Assembly: GCA_963750165.1 (NCBI GenBank)
Contig: CAVVPN010000003.1
Coordinates: 960,001 to 1,024,000 of the forward strand
Direction of reading: 5' to 3'
DNA: 64,000 bases
Origin: an uncultured Gemmataceae bacterium
Lineage (GTDB): Bacteria > Planctomycetota > Planctomycetia > Gemmatales > Gemmataceae
The notes under the pieces: generated by a model
Databases searched by the model: none
Told to the model about the DNA's origin: nothing
What the model saw: the letters and a program-made list of their open reading frames with translations, nothing else
Shown here: one piece after another, positions 29,160 through 40,810 of the stretch
How positions within the stretch are numbered: the first letter of the stretch is position 1
Layout: each line of letters opens with the position of its first letter
Program-made: the position numbers and the translations under genes

Positions 29160-31090
29160 TCAGCGCTTCAACTCATACTGCTTGATCTTGCGGTCCAGCG
29201 TCGAGCGCTCGATCTGCAAGATTTGCGCGGCCTGGCTCTTGTTCCAGTCGGTGTGCTCCAGCGTCTTCAGAATGTGCCGCTTCTCCATCTCGTTAATCGT
29301 CAGCGGCTCATACAGCGGTTCGACGGGCGGCGGCAGCGGCGCCGGGCCGCCCACGTCCAGCGACGACAGCCACACGTCCGGCGCATCCAGCATCGGCCCG
29401 GTGCTCAACGCCACGCTGCGCTCGATGACGTTGCGCAGCTCGCGGACGTTGCCCGGCCAGTGGTAGTGCTGCAACTTCTGCATCGCCGCCGCCGTGAAGC
29501 CGCGCACCTTCCGCCCCGTCTCGCGCACGAAGCGCTTCAGGAAGTGGTCCGCCAGCAGCGTCACGTCGCTCAGCCGTTCGCGCAGCGGGGGCACCCGGAA
29601 CTCCACCACCTGCAGACGGTAGAACAGATCGCGGCGGAACGTGCCGTCCTTCAGGTTCTGCTCCAGCGGCTGGTTGGTCGCCGCCACCACGCGCACATCG
29701 ACACGGATGGGCGTGTTGCCGCCGACGCGCTCGAACGGATGGCCCTCCAGGATGCGCAGCAACTTCGCCTGCGTGCCGACGTTCATCTCGCCGATCTCGT
29801 CCAGGAAGATCGTGCCGTGGTCCGACGCCTCGAACTTGCCAACCTTCTTCTCCGTCGCGCCGGTGAACGCCCCTTTTTCGTGGCCGAACAGCTCGCTCTC
29901 CAGCAGCGTCTCGGTCAGCGCGGCGCAGTTCAGGCAGACGAACGGCCCCTCCTTGCGCGGGCTGGAATAGTGGATGGCGCGGGCGACCAGTTCCTTGCCG
30001 CTGCCGCTCTCGCCGCGGATCAGCACCGTGGCGTTGGTGCCGGCGACGCGGCCGATCTGCGTCTCAATGGCCTTCATCGGCGCGCTGGTGCCGACCAGTT
30101 CGCTCTCGACGCGCAGCTGCTGCCGCAGCGACTGGTTCTCCGCCGTCAACGATTCCTGCCGCAGCATCTGGTGTGTCACCGCGCCCAGCTGCTTGGCCAC
30201 CGCCACCGTGAACTCCAGGTCCTCCGCGTTCAGCGCCTTGAGCGGGTCGGTGCAGTACAGGTGAATCAGGCCCAGCACCTTGCCGCCGAACATCACCGGG
30301 GCGCAAATCAAACTGGAGGCGCCCAGGCTGGTCAGGCTCTCGCGGTTGCGCAGGTAGCGGTCGCGGGCCACGTCCTCGGCCAGGATCGCCTCCTTGCCGG
30401 CGATGACCTCGTGCGTGACGAACTCCGAAACGCGCGTGTACAGGAGAATGTTCGGGTCGCGGTGGCGGTGGGCGGTCACCTCCAGTTCGCGGCCCTCCTT
30501 GCACGTCAGGATGGCGCCGACCTCCGCGGGGATCGCCTCCAGCAAACCGTCGAGGACCACGTTGATCAGGTCCTCGTAAGTGCTGGCCGATCCCATGTCC
30601 AGGGCCATGCGATAGAGCAGCGCCAGGTCGCGGCTGATGCTGTGGCGGCCGGGCGTCCCCCGGGCCTCCGGCTCCGGCGGCGGTTCCTCCGGATTGGGCG
30701 TCAGGAAGCGCGTCTGGCCGAGCCGCTTCATGATGTTGACGCCTTCCGCGCCGCGCGGCGGCGGCAGCGGCGGCAGCTGGTCCATGTCCTCGACGTACAG
30801 CAGGTGCAGACGGCCGACGTTGATCTCGTCGCCGGCGTTCAACTCCCACTCCGAATCGACGCGCTGGTCGTTGAGACGGGTGCCGTTCAGGCTCTGCAGA
30901 TCGCGCAGCGCCAGCGGCCGTCGGCGTGGTACACCTCGGCGTGCTCGCGGCTGCACACCTCGTCCTTGACGACGATGCGGTTGGTCGAGGCACGGCCGAG
31001 GGTCGTGCGCTGACCGACGATCAGGGGGTAAACGTCCCCGTAGCCGTCATCACGGCGGACCACCAGATAAGCGGCGGCGTCTGCAACCAT
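29160..31090 (-). CDS. FHA-GAF-sigma54 AAA+-Fis HTH transcriptional activator (frameshift near 30910)
   Basis: FHA motifs LGRASTN...CSREHA and [10 protein letters not shown] are split across frames; GAF region; [32 protein letters not shown]-terminal HTH. Confidence 0.9.
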
Positions 31091-31183
31091 GGTTGTTCGC
31101 GGAAAAAAAGAGTTAGGTCGTGGGGTGTCCCTCTTCTACCTTACGACGAACGCGGCGGTTCAGGCAAGCGTTTTTACAAACGG

Positions 31184-31254
31184 CCGGCGAGCGGCGCGGC
31201 GTCAGCCCGCCGCTCGTGCCGTTACCGGCGGCCTGACGTCGCGCCGCTCGCCGG
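31184..31254. repeat. REP-like inverted repeat doublet
   Basis: ccggcgagcggcgcggcgtcagcccgccg / cggcggcctgacgtcgcgccgctcgccgg (29 bp, 2 mismatches). Confidence 0.8.
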
Positions 31255-31310
31255 GTCGGGTTGGTGCGGCCGTGCCGCGCGGTGCAGGTTGGGCAATCGC
31301 TGCCGGCCGA

Positions 31311-31340
31311 TTGACACTGCTCGCCCGTGCGGGCTATGAT
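31311..31340 (+). promoter_or_regulatory. sigma70-like promoter for the kinase gene
   Basis: TTGACA-18 bp-TATGAT. Confidence 0.55.
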
Positions 31341-31527
31341 AACCGCTGTGGAAGCCATTTGCGTTCCCTCGGCGATCTCCTCTCCCACCGTCCGCGCCGG
31401 GCCGGAGCAGTCCGAGGATCCCCTGCCCCGCGGCCGCGAGTGAATGGCGCGACGCATAACCCGGCAGCCATGGGACCGGACGGAAACGCCACCACTGAGG
31501 GGCGGGGGTCACCCCGTAACGATATCC

Positions 31528-34500
31528 ATGTCCGATGCACGCTCAGGCCGTCCGGTCGGTGACGACCTCGGTTCGCCCCCCGCGGACCTGGAGGCCGAGA
31601 GCCCCATTGCCGACGTGTTCATCGGCGCAGCGCGGTCGGGCCGGACGACGATGCGCCCACCATCATTTCCAAAAATCCGGCCCCTGCCGCCCGATCCAGC
31701 AGTTCCGGCAACCACACCCGGCCCACCGGCGAGTCCGGCGTCAACGGCAGCATCCGCGGCCGCACCCTGGCGCACTTTGAACTGATCGAGCCCATCGGCG
31801 TCGGCGGCATGGCGGCGGTGCTCCGTGCCCGCGACAAGCAGCTCGACCGCTGCGTCGCCCTGAAAATCCTGCCGCCGGAGATGGCCGCCGACCCGGAGAA
31901 CGTCAAGCGCTTCCACCAGGAGGCCCGCGCCGCCGCCAAGCTCGACCATGAGAACATCGCCCGCGTTTTTTACTGCGGTGAGGACCAACGGCTGCACTTC
32001 ATCGCCTTCGAGTTCGTCGAGGGCAGCAACCTGCGCACGATCCTGGAGCGGCGCGGCCGGCTGCCGGTGGCCGAGGCCGTGCATTACATGCTGCAGATCG
32101 CCGCCGGCCTGGCGCATGCGGCGTCGCGCGGCGTCGTCCATCGCGACATCAAGCCGTCCAACATCATCATCAGTCCCAACGGTCGCGCCAAGCTCGTGGA
32201 CATGGGCCTGGCGCAGCCTGGAAAAGCACGCCGACCACGACCTGACCCAGTCCGGCGTCACGCTCGGCACCTTCGACTACATCTCGCCCGAGCAGGCCCT
32301 GGAGCCGCGCGACGCCGACGTGCGCAGCGACATTTATTCGCTGGGCTGCACCTTTTACCACATGCTAACGGGGCAGCCGCCGGTGCCGGAGGGGACCGCC
32401 GCCAAGAAACTGCACCATCACCAGTACATCGCGCCGGTCGATCCGCGCCAGCTCAACCCGGACATCCCCGATGAGGTAGCGGCCATCCTGGTGCGCATGA
32501 TGGCCAAGGACCCCAAGGACCGCTATCAGCGGGCCGAGCATCTGGTGCAACACCTGATCCAGGTGGCGCAACAGCTCGGGGCCAGCGCCGACCTGCCGGA
32601 CGGCGTGTTGTTCGTGGATGCGCCGCTGCCGACGCCGCCGCGCCGCCGGCCGCTGCTGACCGCAACACTGGCGGCGCTGGTGCTGGGCGTGCTGTTGATC
32701 CTGCGTGCCGTGGCGCTGCCGCAGTACGAGTCGGTGCCGCTGCCGAAGCCCACGTTCACGCCGCAGCTGACGCGCGACAAGGCGCCCCGGGACGTGGTGG
32801 CCGGCGACGACGGCCAGAAAGCGGTGAAGGGCGAGGTCCAGGTCGGCACGTTCCAGGAACTGCAGAAGGTGCTCGAGGACAGGGATCCGCCGCCGGTCAT
32901 CAAGCTGACGGCGGACATCGCGCTGCCGCGCGGGCTGGTCTTCCGCGGCCCCCGCGACCGCCAGGTCCTGCTGCAGTCCGCCGACGACAAACGGCGGGTG
33001 ACGTTGAGCTATGCGTTCGTGCCACCGGCCAGCCCGCCGGAGCGCGGCAAGGTCTGGGCCGGGCTGATGGTCGAGGCCGGCAAACTGGGGTTGAACAACC
33101 TCCGCCTGGAAGTCGCTGCAGAGGTGACGCCGAACGTGCCCGTGGCCGCGGTCGCGGTCACTGACGCGGGCGACGCCCGCTTCGTCAAATGCATCTTCAG
33201 TCAGAAGACGCCGCTGCAACCGCTCCTGGCCACGCCGGACCTGGTGCCGGTGGCCTCGGTCCTCGGCTGGCGGAGCCCGAAGGCTGGCCCGAGCGACGCC
33301 GTGCCGTACCTGCGCTTCGACGAGTGCTTCTTCGAGCGCGGCCAGGCAGCGGTTGCCCTGAACTGCCGCACCGCCGAGGACCTGTCGGTCATCAGCTGCG
33401 CCTTCGGGCCGCACTGCACGCTGTTCCACCTCCGCGGCGAGGATCGCTCTTACAAGACGCAGCTGTACCTGAAACAGGTCTCGGCCCATCTGGTGTACGG
33501 TCCCGCCTTCCGGCTGGACGGCAAGGCGACCTGCAAGTTGACGGTGATGAACTCGCTGTTCGCGGCCAAGCGGGACTCGCTCCAGCAGGGCGACGGCCAG
33601 GACCTGATTTGCCAGACGGACGAGTCGGCCCCGAATTTCGATTACGAGGGCCAGCGCAACGGCTATTACGGGCTGAACGCCTTCCTGGTGCGGCAGCCGT
33701 ACAAGATCGTGCAGCCGACCAACTGGGCGGAGTTCCGCGCCGTGATCCGCAAGAAGGGCGGCCGCGACGAGGATTCGGTGCTCCTCCAGACCAGCCCGTG
33801 GCTGGACCCCGGTCAGGTCACGAAGTTGCTCAACCCGACCGCGGACCAGCAGCCGCGGCTGGCGTTCCGCATCAACCCGATCATGCCCGAGCTGCGCACC
33901 AGCCCCGGGAAGGCACTGGGCGTGGATGAGTGCGTCTGGGGGCGGACCAACGATAACCTGCCGGTCCTGACGCAGAAGGCGCCGGAATCGCCCGTGTACC
34001 AGCTCAAAAAGGGCGAGAAGCTGGTGGACCCGCAGTCGGACGGTGGAGTCCCTGGCGTGTACCGCACATTCACGGGCGCCGTGGGGGAAGCCAACCCCAA
34101 AGACGTGATCTACATCAAAGAAGGCAAGGACAATGACGGTAAGGTTGTCCCGCTGCCGGTGGTCCTGACGCAGTTCCGTGGCGTGACGAACCTGACGTTC
34201 CGGCCCTACCCAGGCTGCCGGCCGGTGCTGACGCTGGAGCCGACCAGATTGTACTACCAAGAGCATGCGCTGTTCCGTCTGCAACACGAAAAGATCACCT
34301 TTGAAAACCTGACCTTTCTGCTCAAGCCGGACGCGCCCTTCAATGCGCTGTCGGTGGTGGCGATCACGGGCAACGGCGAATGCATCTTCGACCACTGCCA
34401 GGTGACGCTGGAGTCCAGCGGTGATTACAGTGGGGTGCCGCTTAGCGTCGTGGCGCTGCTGCCCGACAGCAAGGCCGCCATGAAGACGACCACCATGATG

Positions 34501-35295
34501 CCGTTAGATCGCGATCGACCCGTGATGAACTGGAAGGATTGTCTGGTGCGCGGCCAGGGCGATTTGGTGTGCGTCAAGGGCAGCCGGCCATTTCGGCTGG
34601 CGGTCAAGGGCAGTCTGCTGGCGCTGACCGGGACGCTGCTGAACGTGGAGGCCGCCGCCGCGGATGTAGCCGAAAACGTCCCGGCCGCGACGGTGAAACT
34701 GGACCACGTGACCGCCCTGCAGCACGAACACCTGTTCTGGCTGCGGGCCGGCAAGACCGGCAAGGGGCTGGTGCCGACGAAGGTGGACGCGGACCACAAC
34801 CTGTTCGTCAGCGTTGATATGCGGCCGCTGGTGCGCCTGGAGGGGGCGGACGGCGACGAGCAAATCCGCAAGCTCCTGGTCTTCAAGGGCGACCACAATG
34901 CCTACGGCGGCTTCGACAGCCTGCTGGAGACGTACCCCCCCAACGAGTCCATACCGATGCAGTGCAAGCTGATGGATTGGCGGCGCCTGACCGAGGACAA
35001 CGAGAACACCCAGCGTTTCGGCCGCGTCCGCTTCGAGGGCAACACGAAACTGCTGAACCAGGACAACGGCTATCTGCTCAAGGTGGAGCCGAATGATTTC
35101 CGCATCGACCGCGTGGAGACGAAACTGGACCTGCAAGGCTACGGGGCGCCGTTGGAGGACTGGCTGCGGCCGTCGAGCCCCGACATGAACATGCCGAACG
35201 GCGAAGCCCACGAAGAGCAGGAGCACTCGGTTTCGATTTATCGGAAACGGATTGCGACATCGATCCTTAACCGATGCGCGGGAACAGCGGCTTGA
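31528..35295 (+). CDS. Membrane Ser/Thr protein kinase with a large extracytoplasmic domain (frameshifts near 31635 and 32215)
   Basis: IGVGGMAAV, VALK, HRDIKPSN, DMGLA, then in the next frame GTFDYISPEQ and DIYSLG; TM helix; two beta-helix-like extracytoplasmic units. Confidence 0.85.
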
Positions 35296-36850
35296 CCTTG
35301 CCGCCCTCCAGCGCCGCCAGCACGCGCAGGTCCTCGGCCTGACCCGGATACTGCCACGCATCCTCGTAGCGCACCGCCTCCCACGGCTGCCGGAAATTGA
35401 AGCTGCGGTAGACCGTCTCCGCGGTGCGCGGCAGGAACGGCTTGAGCAAGATCGCCGTCGAGCGCAGCGGCTCGACCAGATCGAACAGTACCTGCCGGGT
35501 GGCGTCTCGGTCGGTCTTGACCAGTTTCCACGGCTCACGCCGCTCCGCGTACTGGTTCGCCGGGTTCAGCACTGACAGCCAGATTTTTTGCAGTGCCTGG
35601 TTGTACTGGCACGCTTCCACATGGCCGCGCACCTGTTCCACCACTTCGCGCAACGACGGCAGTTCGCCCTCCGTCGTCGGCCGCGGCGTTTGCGCGGCGG
35701 TGCCGGCGAGGACGCCCTCGTAGTTGGCCGCCACCAGGCGCAGCACGCGGCTGTAGAGGTTGCCGAGGTTGTTCGCCAGGTCGCTGTTGTAGACCTCCGC
35801 GAAGCGGCCCCAACTGAACTCGCCGTCGCCGGGGAACGGGCACTCGCGCATGAAGTAGTAGCGGAACGCCTCACTGCTGAACTTCGTGATGACGTCCATC
35901 GGCTCGACGACGTTGCCGAGCGCCTTGCTGATCTTCTGCACTTCACCCGTCTCCTCGTCCTTGCGGTAGACGAAGCCGTGCGCGAACACTCGCCGCGGCG
36001 CCTCCTCGCCGGCGGCCCACAACATCGCCGGCCACAGTGCGCAGTGGAAGCGCGTGATGTCCTTGCCGATGAAATGCACGTCGGCTGGCCAGTATTTGCG
36101 GAATGTCGCCTCGTCGTCGCCGTAGCCGATGCCGGTGATGTACGTCAGCAAGGCGTCGAACCAGACGTAGATGACGTAATCCTCGGCGAACGGGATGCGG
36201 ATGCCCCAGGGTTGGTTCAGCCGGCTGATCAGGAGGTCCTTCAACCCTTCGGTTTCGATGAAGCTGACGACCTCATTCTTGCGCGTTTCCGGCTGAATGA
36301 ACTCCGGATTCTCCTGATAGTACTTCAGGAGCCGGTCCCGAAAGGACGACCACCGAAAGAACCAGCCCGGCTCACTCCGGCGGATGAGCGGCGTCTTGTG
36401 GTTGGGGCACAGTCCGGCGTTCTCCTGATACTGCTTCTCGGTCTTGAACTCCTCACAGCCTTCGCAGTACCAACCCTCATACTTTCCCTGGTAAATGTGG
36501 CCGTTGTCGTACACCTTCTGGATGAATTTCCGGCAGCACTGCTTGTGCCGCTCGGAACTCGTCTGGATGAACACGTCGCAGCTGATGTCGAGGCTTTTCC
36601 ACACGTCGCGGAACTGCCGGGCCATGTCGTCGCAGTACGCCTGGATGTCCTGGCCCAACTCGGCGGCCTTTTTCGCGACCTTGACGGTGTTCTCGTCGGT
36701 GCCCATGAGGAAGAGGACTTCGTCGCCCTCCATGCGCCGGTAGCGGGCCTGCACGTCGGCGCCGATCTTCTCGAAGGCGGTGCCGATGTGCGGCCGGCTG
36801 TTGGGGTAGTCGATGGCGGTGGTCTGGTAAAATCGGCGGTGCGCAGTCAT
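35267..36850 (-). CDS. metG: Methionine--tRNA ligase (short form)
   Basis: TAIDYPNSRPHIGT, GTDE, Zn knuckle CEGC...CPNH, YVWFDAL, IGKDI, KISKALGN, DLANNLGNL. Confidence 0.93.
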   Translation of the reverse strand: MTAHRRFYQTTAIDYPNSRPHIGTAFEKIGADVQARYRRMEGDEVLFLMGTDENTVKVAKKAAELGQDIQAYCDDMARQFRDVWKSLDISCDVFIQTSSERHKQCCRKFIQKVYDNGHIYQGKYEGWYCEGCEEFKTEKQYQENAGLCPNHKTPLIRRSEPGWFFRWSSFRDRLLKYYQENPEFIQPETRKNEVVSFIETEGLKDLLISRLNQPWGIRIPFAEDYVIYVWFDALLTYITGIGYGDDEATFRKYWPADVHFIGKDITRFHCALWPAMLWAAGEEAPRRVFAHGFVYRKDEETGEVQKISKALGNVVEPMDVITKFSSEAFRYYFMRECPFPGDGEFSWGRFAEVYNSDLANNLGNLYSRVLRLVAANYEGVLAGTAAQTPRPTTEGELPSLREVVEQVRGHVEACQYNQALQKIWLSVLNPANQYAERREPWKLVKTDRDATRQVLFDLVEPLRSTAILLKPFLPRTAETVYRSFNFRQPWEAVRYEDAWQYPGQAEDLRVLAALEGGKVKPLFPRIG

Positions 36851-36943
36851 GCTCGCGGCATCCCCTTCGTGAAGGCCAGTGGGGCTCTCCTTGATAGGAT
36901 CATGATTTGCCCTGCGCGGTTCGCTGTCAATGGGGAAGAGGGG

Positions 36944-37045
36944 TTCACCGCCAAGACACAAAGGCACACAAAGAAGACAAAACAGGAAAAGAACGCCCTT
37001 TTCCTGTTTTGTCTTCTTTGTGTGCCTTTGTGTCTTGGCGGTGAA
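36944..37045. repeat. Perfect 48-bp-arm palindrome (REP-like)
   Basis: ttcaccgccaagacacaaaggcacacaaagaagacaaaacaggaaaag, 6-nt loop, then the exact reverse complement. Confidence 0.92.
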
Positions 37046-37051
37046 TTCCGC

Positions 37052-37297
37052 TTACGACGCCTGCAGCGTCCGGGCCAGGGCCAGACCCTTTTCGGTGATC
37101 TGGATGGCGACCGGCTGGCCGTTGCGGCCGTAGAAGACGGTCAGGTTGTTCAGCCATTCCAGGTTGGACAGGACGCGCTTGCTCCACTCCACCGAGGCGC
37201 CCGGCATGCAGGCGTTGATCAGTTCGGTCACCCGGCAAAACGTGTGCTGTTGCAGATAACACAGCACCCTGGTTTCCTCGGGGGTCATCATCGGCAT
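37052..37297 (-). CDS. Small winged-HTH-like hypothetical protein
   Basis: GAGG RBS; MTPEETRVLCYL...KRVLSNLEW...QITEKG. Confidence 0.6.
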   Translation of the reverse strand: MPMMTPEETRVLCYLQQHTFCRVTELINACMPGASVEWSKRVLSNLEWLNNLTVFYGRNGQPVAIQITEKGLALARTLQAS

Positions 37298-37642
37298 GGC
37301 CTCTTCTGGACAGTTCTCCTGCGCCGGGCCTTTCATGAAACCGCGTTCGCCGTTTTGACGCAACACCTTCACACCTCTTTCACGTTGTTTGGCCGTGCCC
37401 CACCCCGGCAAAAACGCCAGGACGCTCAAAACCCCGTCAACCCTCCCGTCCGCCTCGTCGAACTCCGGCCGTGTCGTTGGTGTCAGGAAGGTGGTGACGT
37501 GGTTCTGTCTTGATCGCCCGTTCCCACCCCCTTCAATGACAAAAGACACGGCAATTTCAGCCCGGCATTCCTCTCGCCAGTCCCGGCAGTGTGTTCTACA
37601 ATAGCCGCGACGATACCGCCAGCCCGCACGCTCGGAACCCTG

Positions 37643-37897
37643 GCGCGGTTCGCAGTTGCGTGGACCACGAACGGCAGGCGCTGCCAGGCGCGCTTCTCGA
37701 CGTATGAAAAAGTTGGCGTTCTTGGCGTCCTTGCTGTGGCAACCGCCGCCGTTGGTTGTTGAGTCGTGCCACCTGCACGGGGCCAGGGCGCCGAATCTCG
37801 ACGTATGAAAAAGCTGGCCCCCTTGGCCCCCTTGGCCCCCTTGCTGTGGCAGAGCAGGCCGCTGGTGGTCAGCCCATGCCCGCACGCTCGGAACCCT
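37643..37897 (+). mobile_element. MITE-like element, family 1 copy C (module duplicated)
   Basis: gcgcggttcgcag start, same core and modules as copy B; 20-bp direct repeat at 37622-41 and 37878-97. Confidence 0.75.
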
Positions 37898-37899
37898 AA

Positions 37900-38931
37900 A
37901 TGAACCAACCACCGGCAGTCCCCAGCCGACCCCGGCCGCCCACCTGGGCCATCGCCCTCGCGTTCGGCGTGGTCTACATCACCTGGGGGACCACCTACCT
38001 GGCCATCAAGCAGGGCGTCCACGACGAGTGCCTGCCGTTCGCGCTGTTCGGCGGCACCCGCGTCTGCCTGGCCGGTCTGCTGGTGCTCGGCTTCCTGGCG
38101 CTGCGCGGCCAGTCGCTGCGGATTTCGGGCCGCGACCTGAGCCACCTGCTCGTCGGCGGCGTCATCCTGTTCGTCGGCGGCAACGGCCTGATTAACCTCG
38201 CGGAGACGACGGTGCCCAGCGGTGCCGCGGCGGTGCTGGCGGCGACCACGCCGTTGTGGATCGCCCTGACTGAATTGCTCTGGCCGCGCGGCGAGCGTCT
38301 CGGCCGGCGTGGCTGGTGCGGCCTGCTGCTGGGGTTGGTCGGCGTCGGCCTGATGCTGGGGCCGAAGCTGGGCGACCCGGCGGCCCTGCTGGGCGACGTG
38401 GGGCCGCTGCTGGTGCTCGGCTCCGCGGCGGCGTGGGGCTTCGGCTCGGTGCTGATGCGCCACCGCCGGCTGCGTGTGAATCACTTGATGGCCGCCGCGT
38501 ATCAAATGGTCATGGGGGGTGGCCTGCTGGCGCTGCTCGGCCTGGCGCTGGGCGAGGCCGGCCGGCTGCCGGAGCGGCCGACGCCCGGGGCCGTCGGGGC
38601 GTACGTGTATTTGCTGGTTGTCGGCTCGCTGCTGGGCTTTCTGGCGTACAACTGGCTGCTGGGCCACGTCTCGGCGGCAAAAGTGGGGACGTATGCGTAT
38701 GTTAACCCGGTAGTCGCGGTATTGATCGCCTTCGCGGTCGGTGAGGAGATGACGTTAGAAATCGTGGCCGGCATCACGGTCATCCTGACGGCCGTGGCGC
38801 TGGTGCGCATCCCCGGTCGTCGGGCCGCGGCGCTGCCGCTGAAACAAGTGCTCCAACCCGAGGATACGTATCTGATTTCCGGAGGACGGGAGTATGAGTT
38901 CCGAAACCCTGCAGTTCAAAACCGAGCTTAA
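37900..38931 (+). CDS. EamA/DMT family transporter
   Basis: [13 protein letters not shown], about 10 TMs, [11 protein letters not shown]. Confidence 0.9.
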   Translation: MNQPPAVPSRPRPPTWAIALAFGVVYITWGTTYLAIKQGVHDECLPFALFGGTRVCLAGLLVLGFLALRGQSLRISGRDLSHLLVGGVILFVGGNGLINLAETTVPSGAAAVLAATTPLWIALTELLWPRGERLGRRGWCGLLLGLVGVGLMLGPKLGDPAALLGDVGPLLVLGSAAAWGFGSVLMRHRRLRVNHLMAAAYQMVMGGGLLALLGLALGEAGRLPERPTPGAVGAYVYLLVVGSLLGFLAYNWLLGHVSAAKVGTYAYVNPVVAVLIAFAVGEEMTLEIVAGITVILTAVALVRIPGRRAAALPLKQVLQPEDTYLISGGREYEFRNPAVQNRA

Positions 38932-40775
38932 ACAACTCCTCCATCTCATCATTCACTCGCTGTACTCGCACAAGGATATTTTCCTTCGCGAGTTGATCTC
39001 CAACGCCAGCGACGCCATTGACACGGTGCGCTTCCAGTCGCTGACGAATCAGGAGTTGCTGGAGAGCGATGCTGACTGGAAGATCAAGATCATTCCGGAT
39101 GAGAAAGCGAACACGCTGACGATCTCCGACAACGGCGTCGGCATGTCGAAGGAGACAGTCGTTGAGAACCTCGGCACCATCGCCAAGTCGGGCACGCGGG
39201 CGTTTCTGGAGGCGCTGAAGCAGGCGGACGCACAGCAGCGGCCGGAGTTGATCGGCCAGTTCGGCGTCGGGTTTTACTCGTCGTTCATGGTCGCGGACAA
39301 GGTGACGGTGATTTCGCGCACCGCCGGGCCGAAGGAGCACGGCGTTCAGTGGGAGTCCGACGGCCAGGGCGAATTCTCCGTGCAGGACGTGACGAAGGAG
39401 CGGCGTGGCACCGACGTGATTCTGCACCTGCGCGGACTCGACGGAATTTCTGAAGCCGTGGCGCATCCATGAGATCGTCAAGAAATACTCCGATTTCGTG
39501 GAACACCCGATTGTGATGGATGTGGAGAAGGAGGAGGACGGCAAAAAGGAGACGGTGGAGGAGACGCTGAACTCGCGCAAGGCGCTGTGGCTGCGTAACA
39601 AAAACGAGATCACGCCGGAGGAGTATGAGGAGTTTTACAAGCACTTATCACACGACCCCCAGCCGCCGGCCAAAACCATTCACTACAAGGCCGAGGGCAC
39701 GATTGAGTTTCGCGCCCTGCTGTACCTGCCAGCGCACCGGCCGTTCGACCTGATGTGGGGCGACGCCAAGCGCGGCCTGCACCTGTACATCCAGCGCGTG
39801 TTCATCATGGACGACTGCGAGGCCCTGCTGCCGACGTACCTGCGTTTCGTCAAGGGTGTCGTCGATTCGCCTGACCTGCCGTTGAACGTCTCACGCGAAC
39901 TGTTGCAGCAGAGCGCCCCGCTGGAGAAGATCAAGTCCAACCTCGTCAACAAAATCCTGAGCACGCTCGGCGACATGAAGCGCACCGAGTACGATCATTA
40001 TGTCAAGTTCTACGAGGAGTTGGGCGGCGTTCTGAAAGAGGGCGTCGGCCAGGACTATCAGAACAAGCAGCGCATCGCGGAACTGCTGCTGTTCGAGTCC
40101 ACCAAAACGGAGAAGGGCAAGTACACGACGCTGGACGATTACCTCGACCGCATGGCGGTGTCGCAGGAAAACATTTACTACCTCATCGGCGAGAGCCGCG
40201 AACTGATCGAGCACTCGCCGTATTTGGAATCATTCAAGGCGCAGGATCAGGAAGTGCTGCTGCTGACCGATCCGGTGGACGAGTTCCTGGTCGGTTCGTT
40301 GTTCGAGTACAAGGGCAAGAAGCTGCGGGCCGTGGACAAGGGTGAGTTGAACGCCGGCGAGATCGACGCGGCGAAGAAGCAGGAGTTCCAGCCGCTGCTG
40401 GACTACATGAAGGACAAGCTGCCGGAGGTCAAGGACGTGCGGCTGTCCAACCGCCTCAAGGAGAGCGCCGCCTGCCTGGTCGCCGACGAGCACGCCATGA
40501 GCGCCCATCTGGAGCGGTTGCTGCGACAGCACGGCCGGTTGCAAGAAACGGAGGGCGAGAAACGCATTCTGGAGTTGAACGCCGACCACCCCGCCGTCGC
40601 GGCCGTGCGCCAGCTGCACGCCCGCAACGCGGACGACGCCCGGTTGGAGAAGTATACGCGGCTGCTCTATGACCAGGCGGTCATCGCGGAGGGCTCGAAG
40701 TTGCGCGACCCGCAGGCGTTCGCCCGACGCATCAACGAGGTGCTGGCGCGCGACGCGGCGGTCTCGACCGGATGA
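38894..40775 (+). CDS. htpG: Chaperone HtpG (Hsp90), frameshift near 39435
   Basis: [28 protein letters not shown], then in the next frame [22 protein letters not shown] and DLPLNVSRE. Confidence 0.93.
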
Positions 40776-40810
40776 TGCCGCGCGACCGCGCAGAACACAA
40801 AGGAGAGCCC

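Noticed and set aside
35170..36967. Kinase/metG 3' overlap and extended metG start at 36967
   Set aside because: The overlap is short and may reflect another indel. The extended start lies in the palindrome, so ATG 36850 is preferred.
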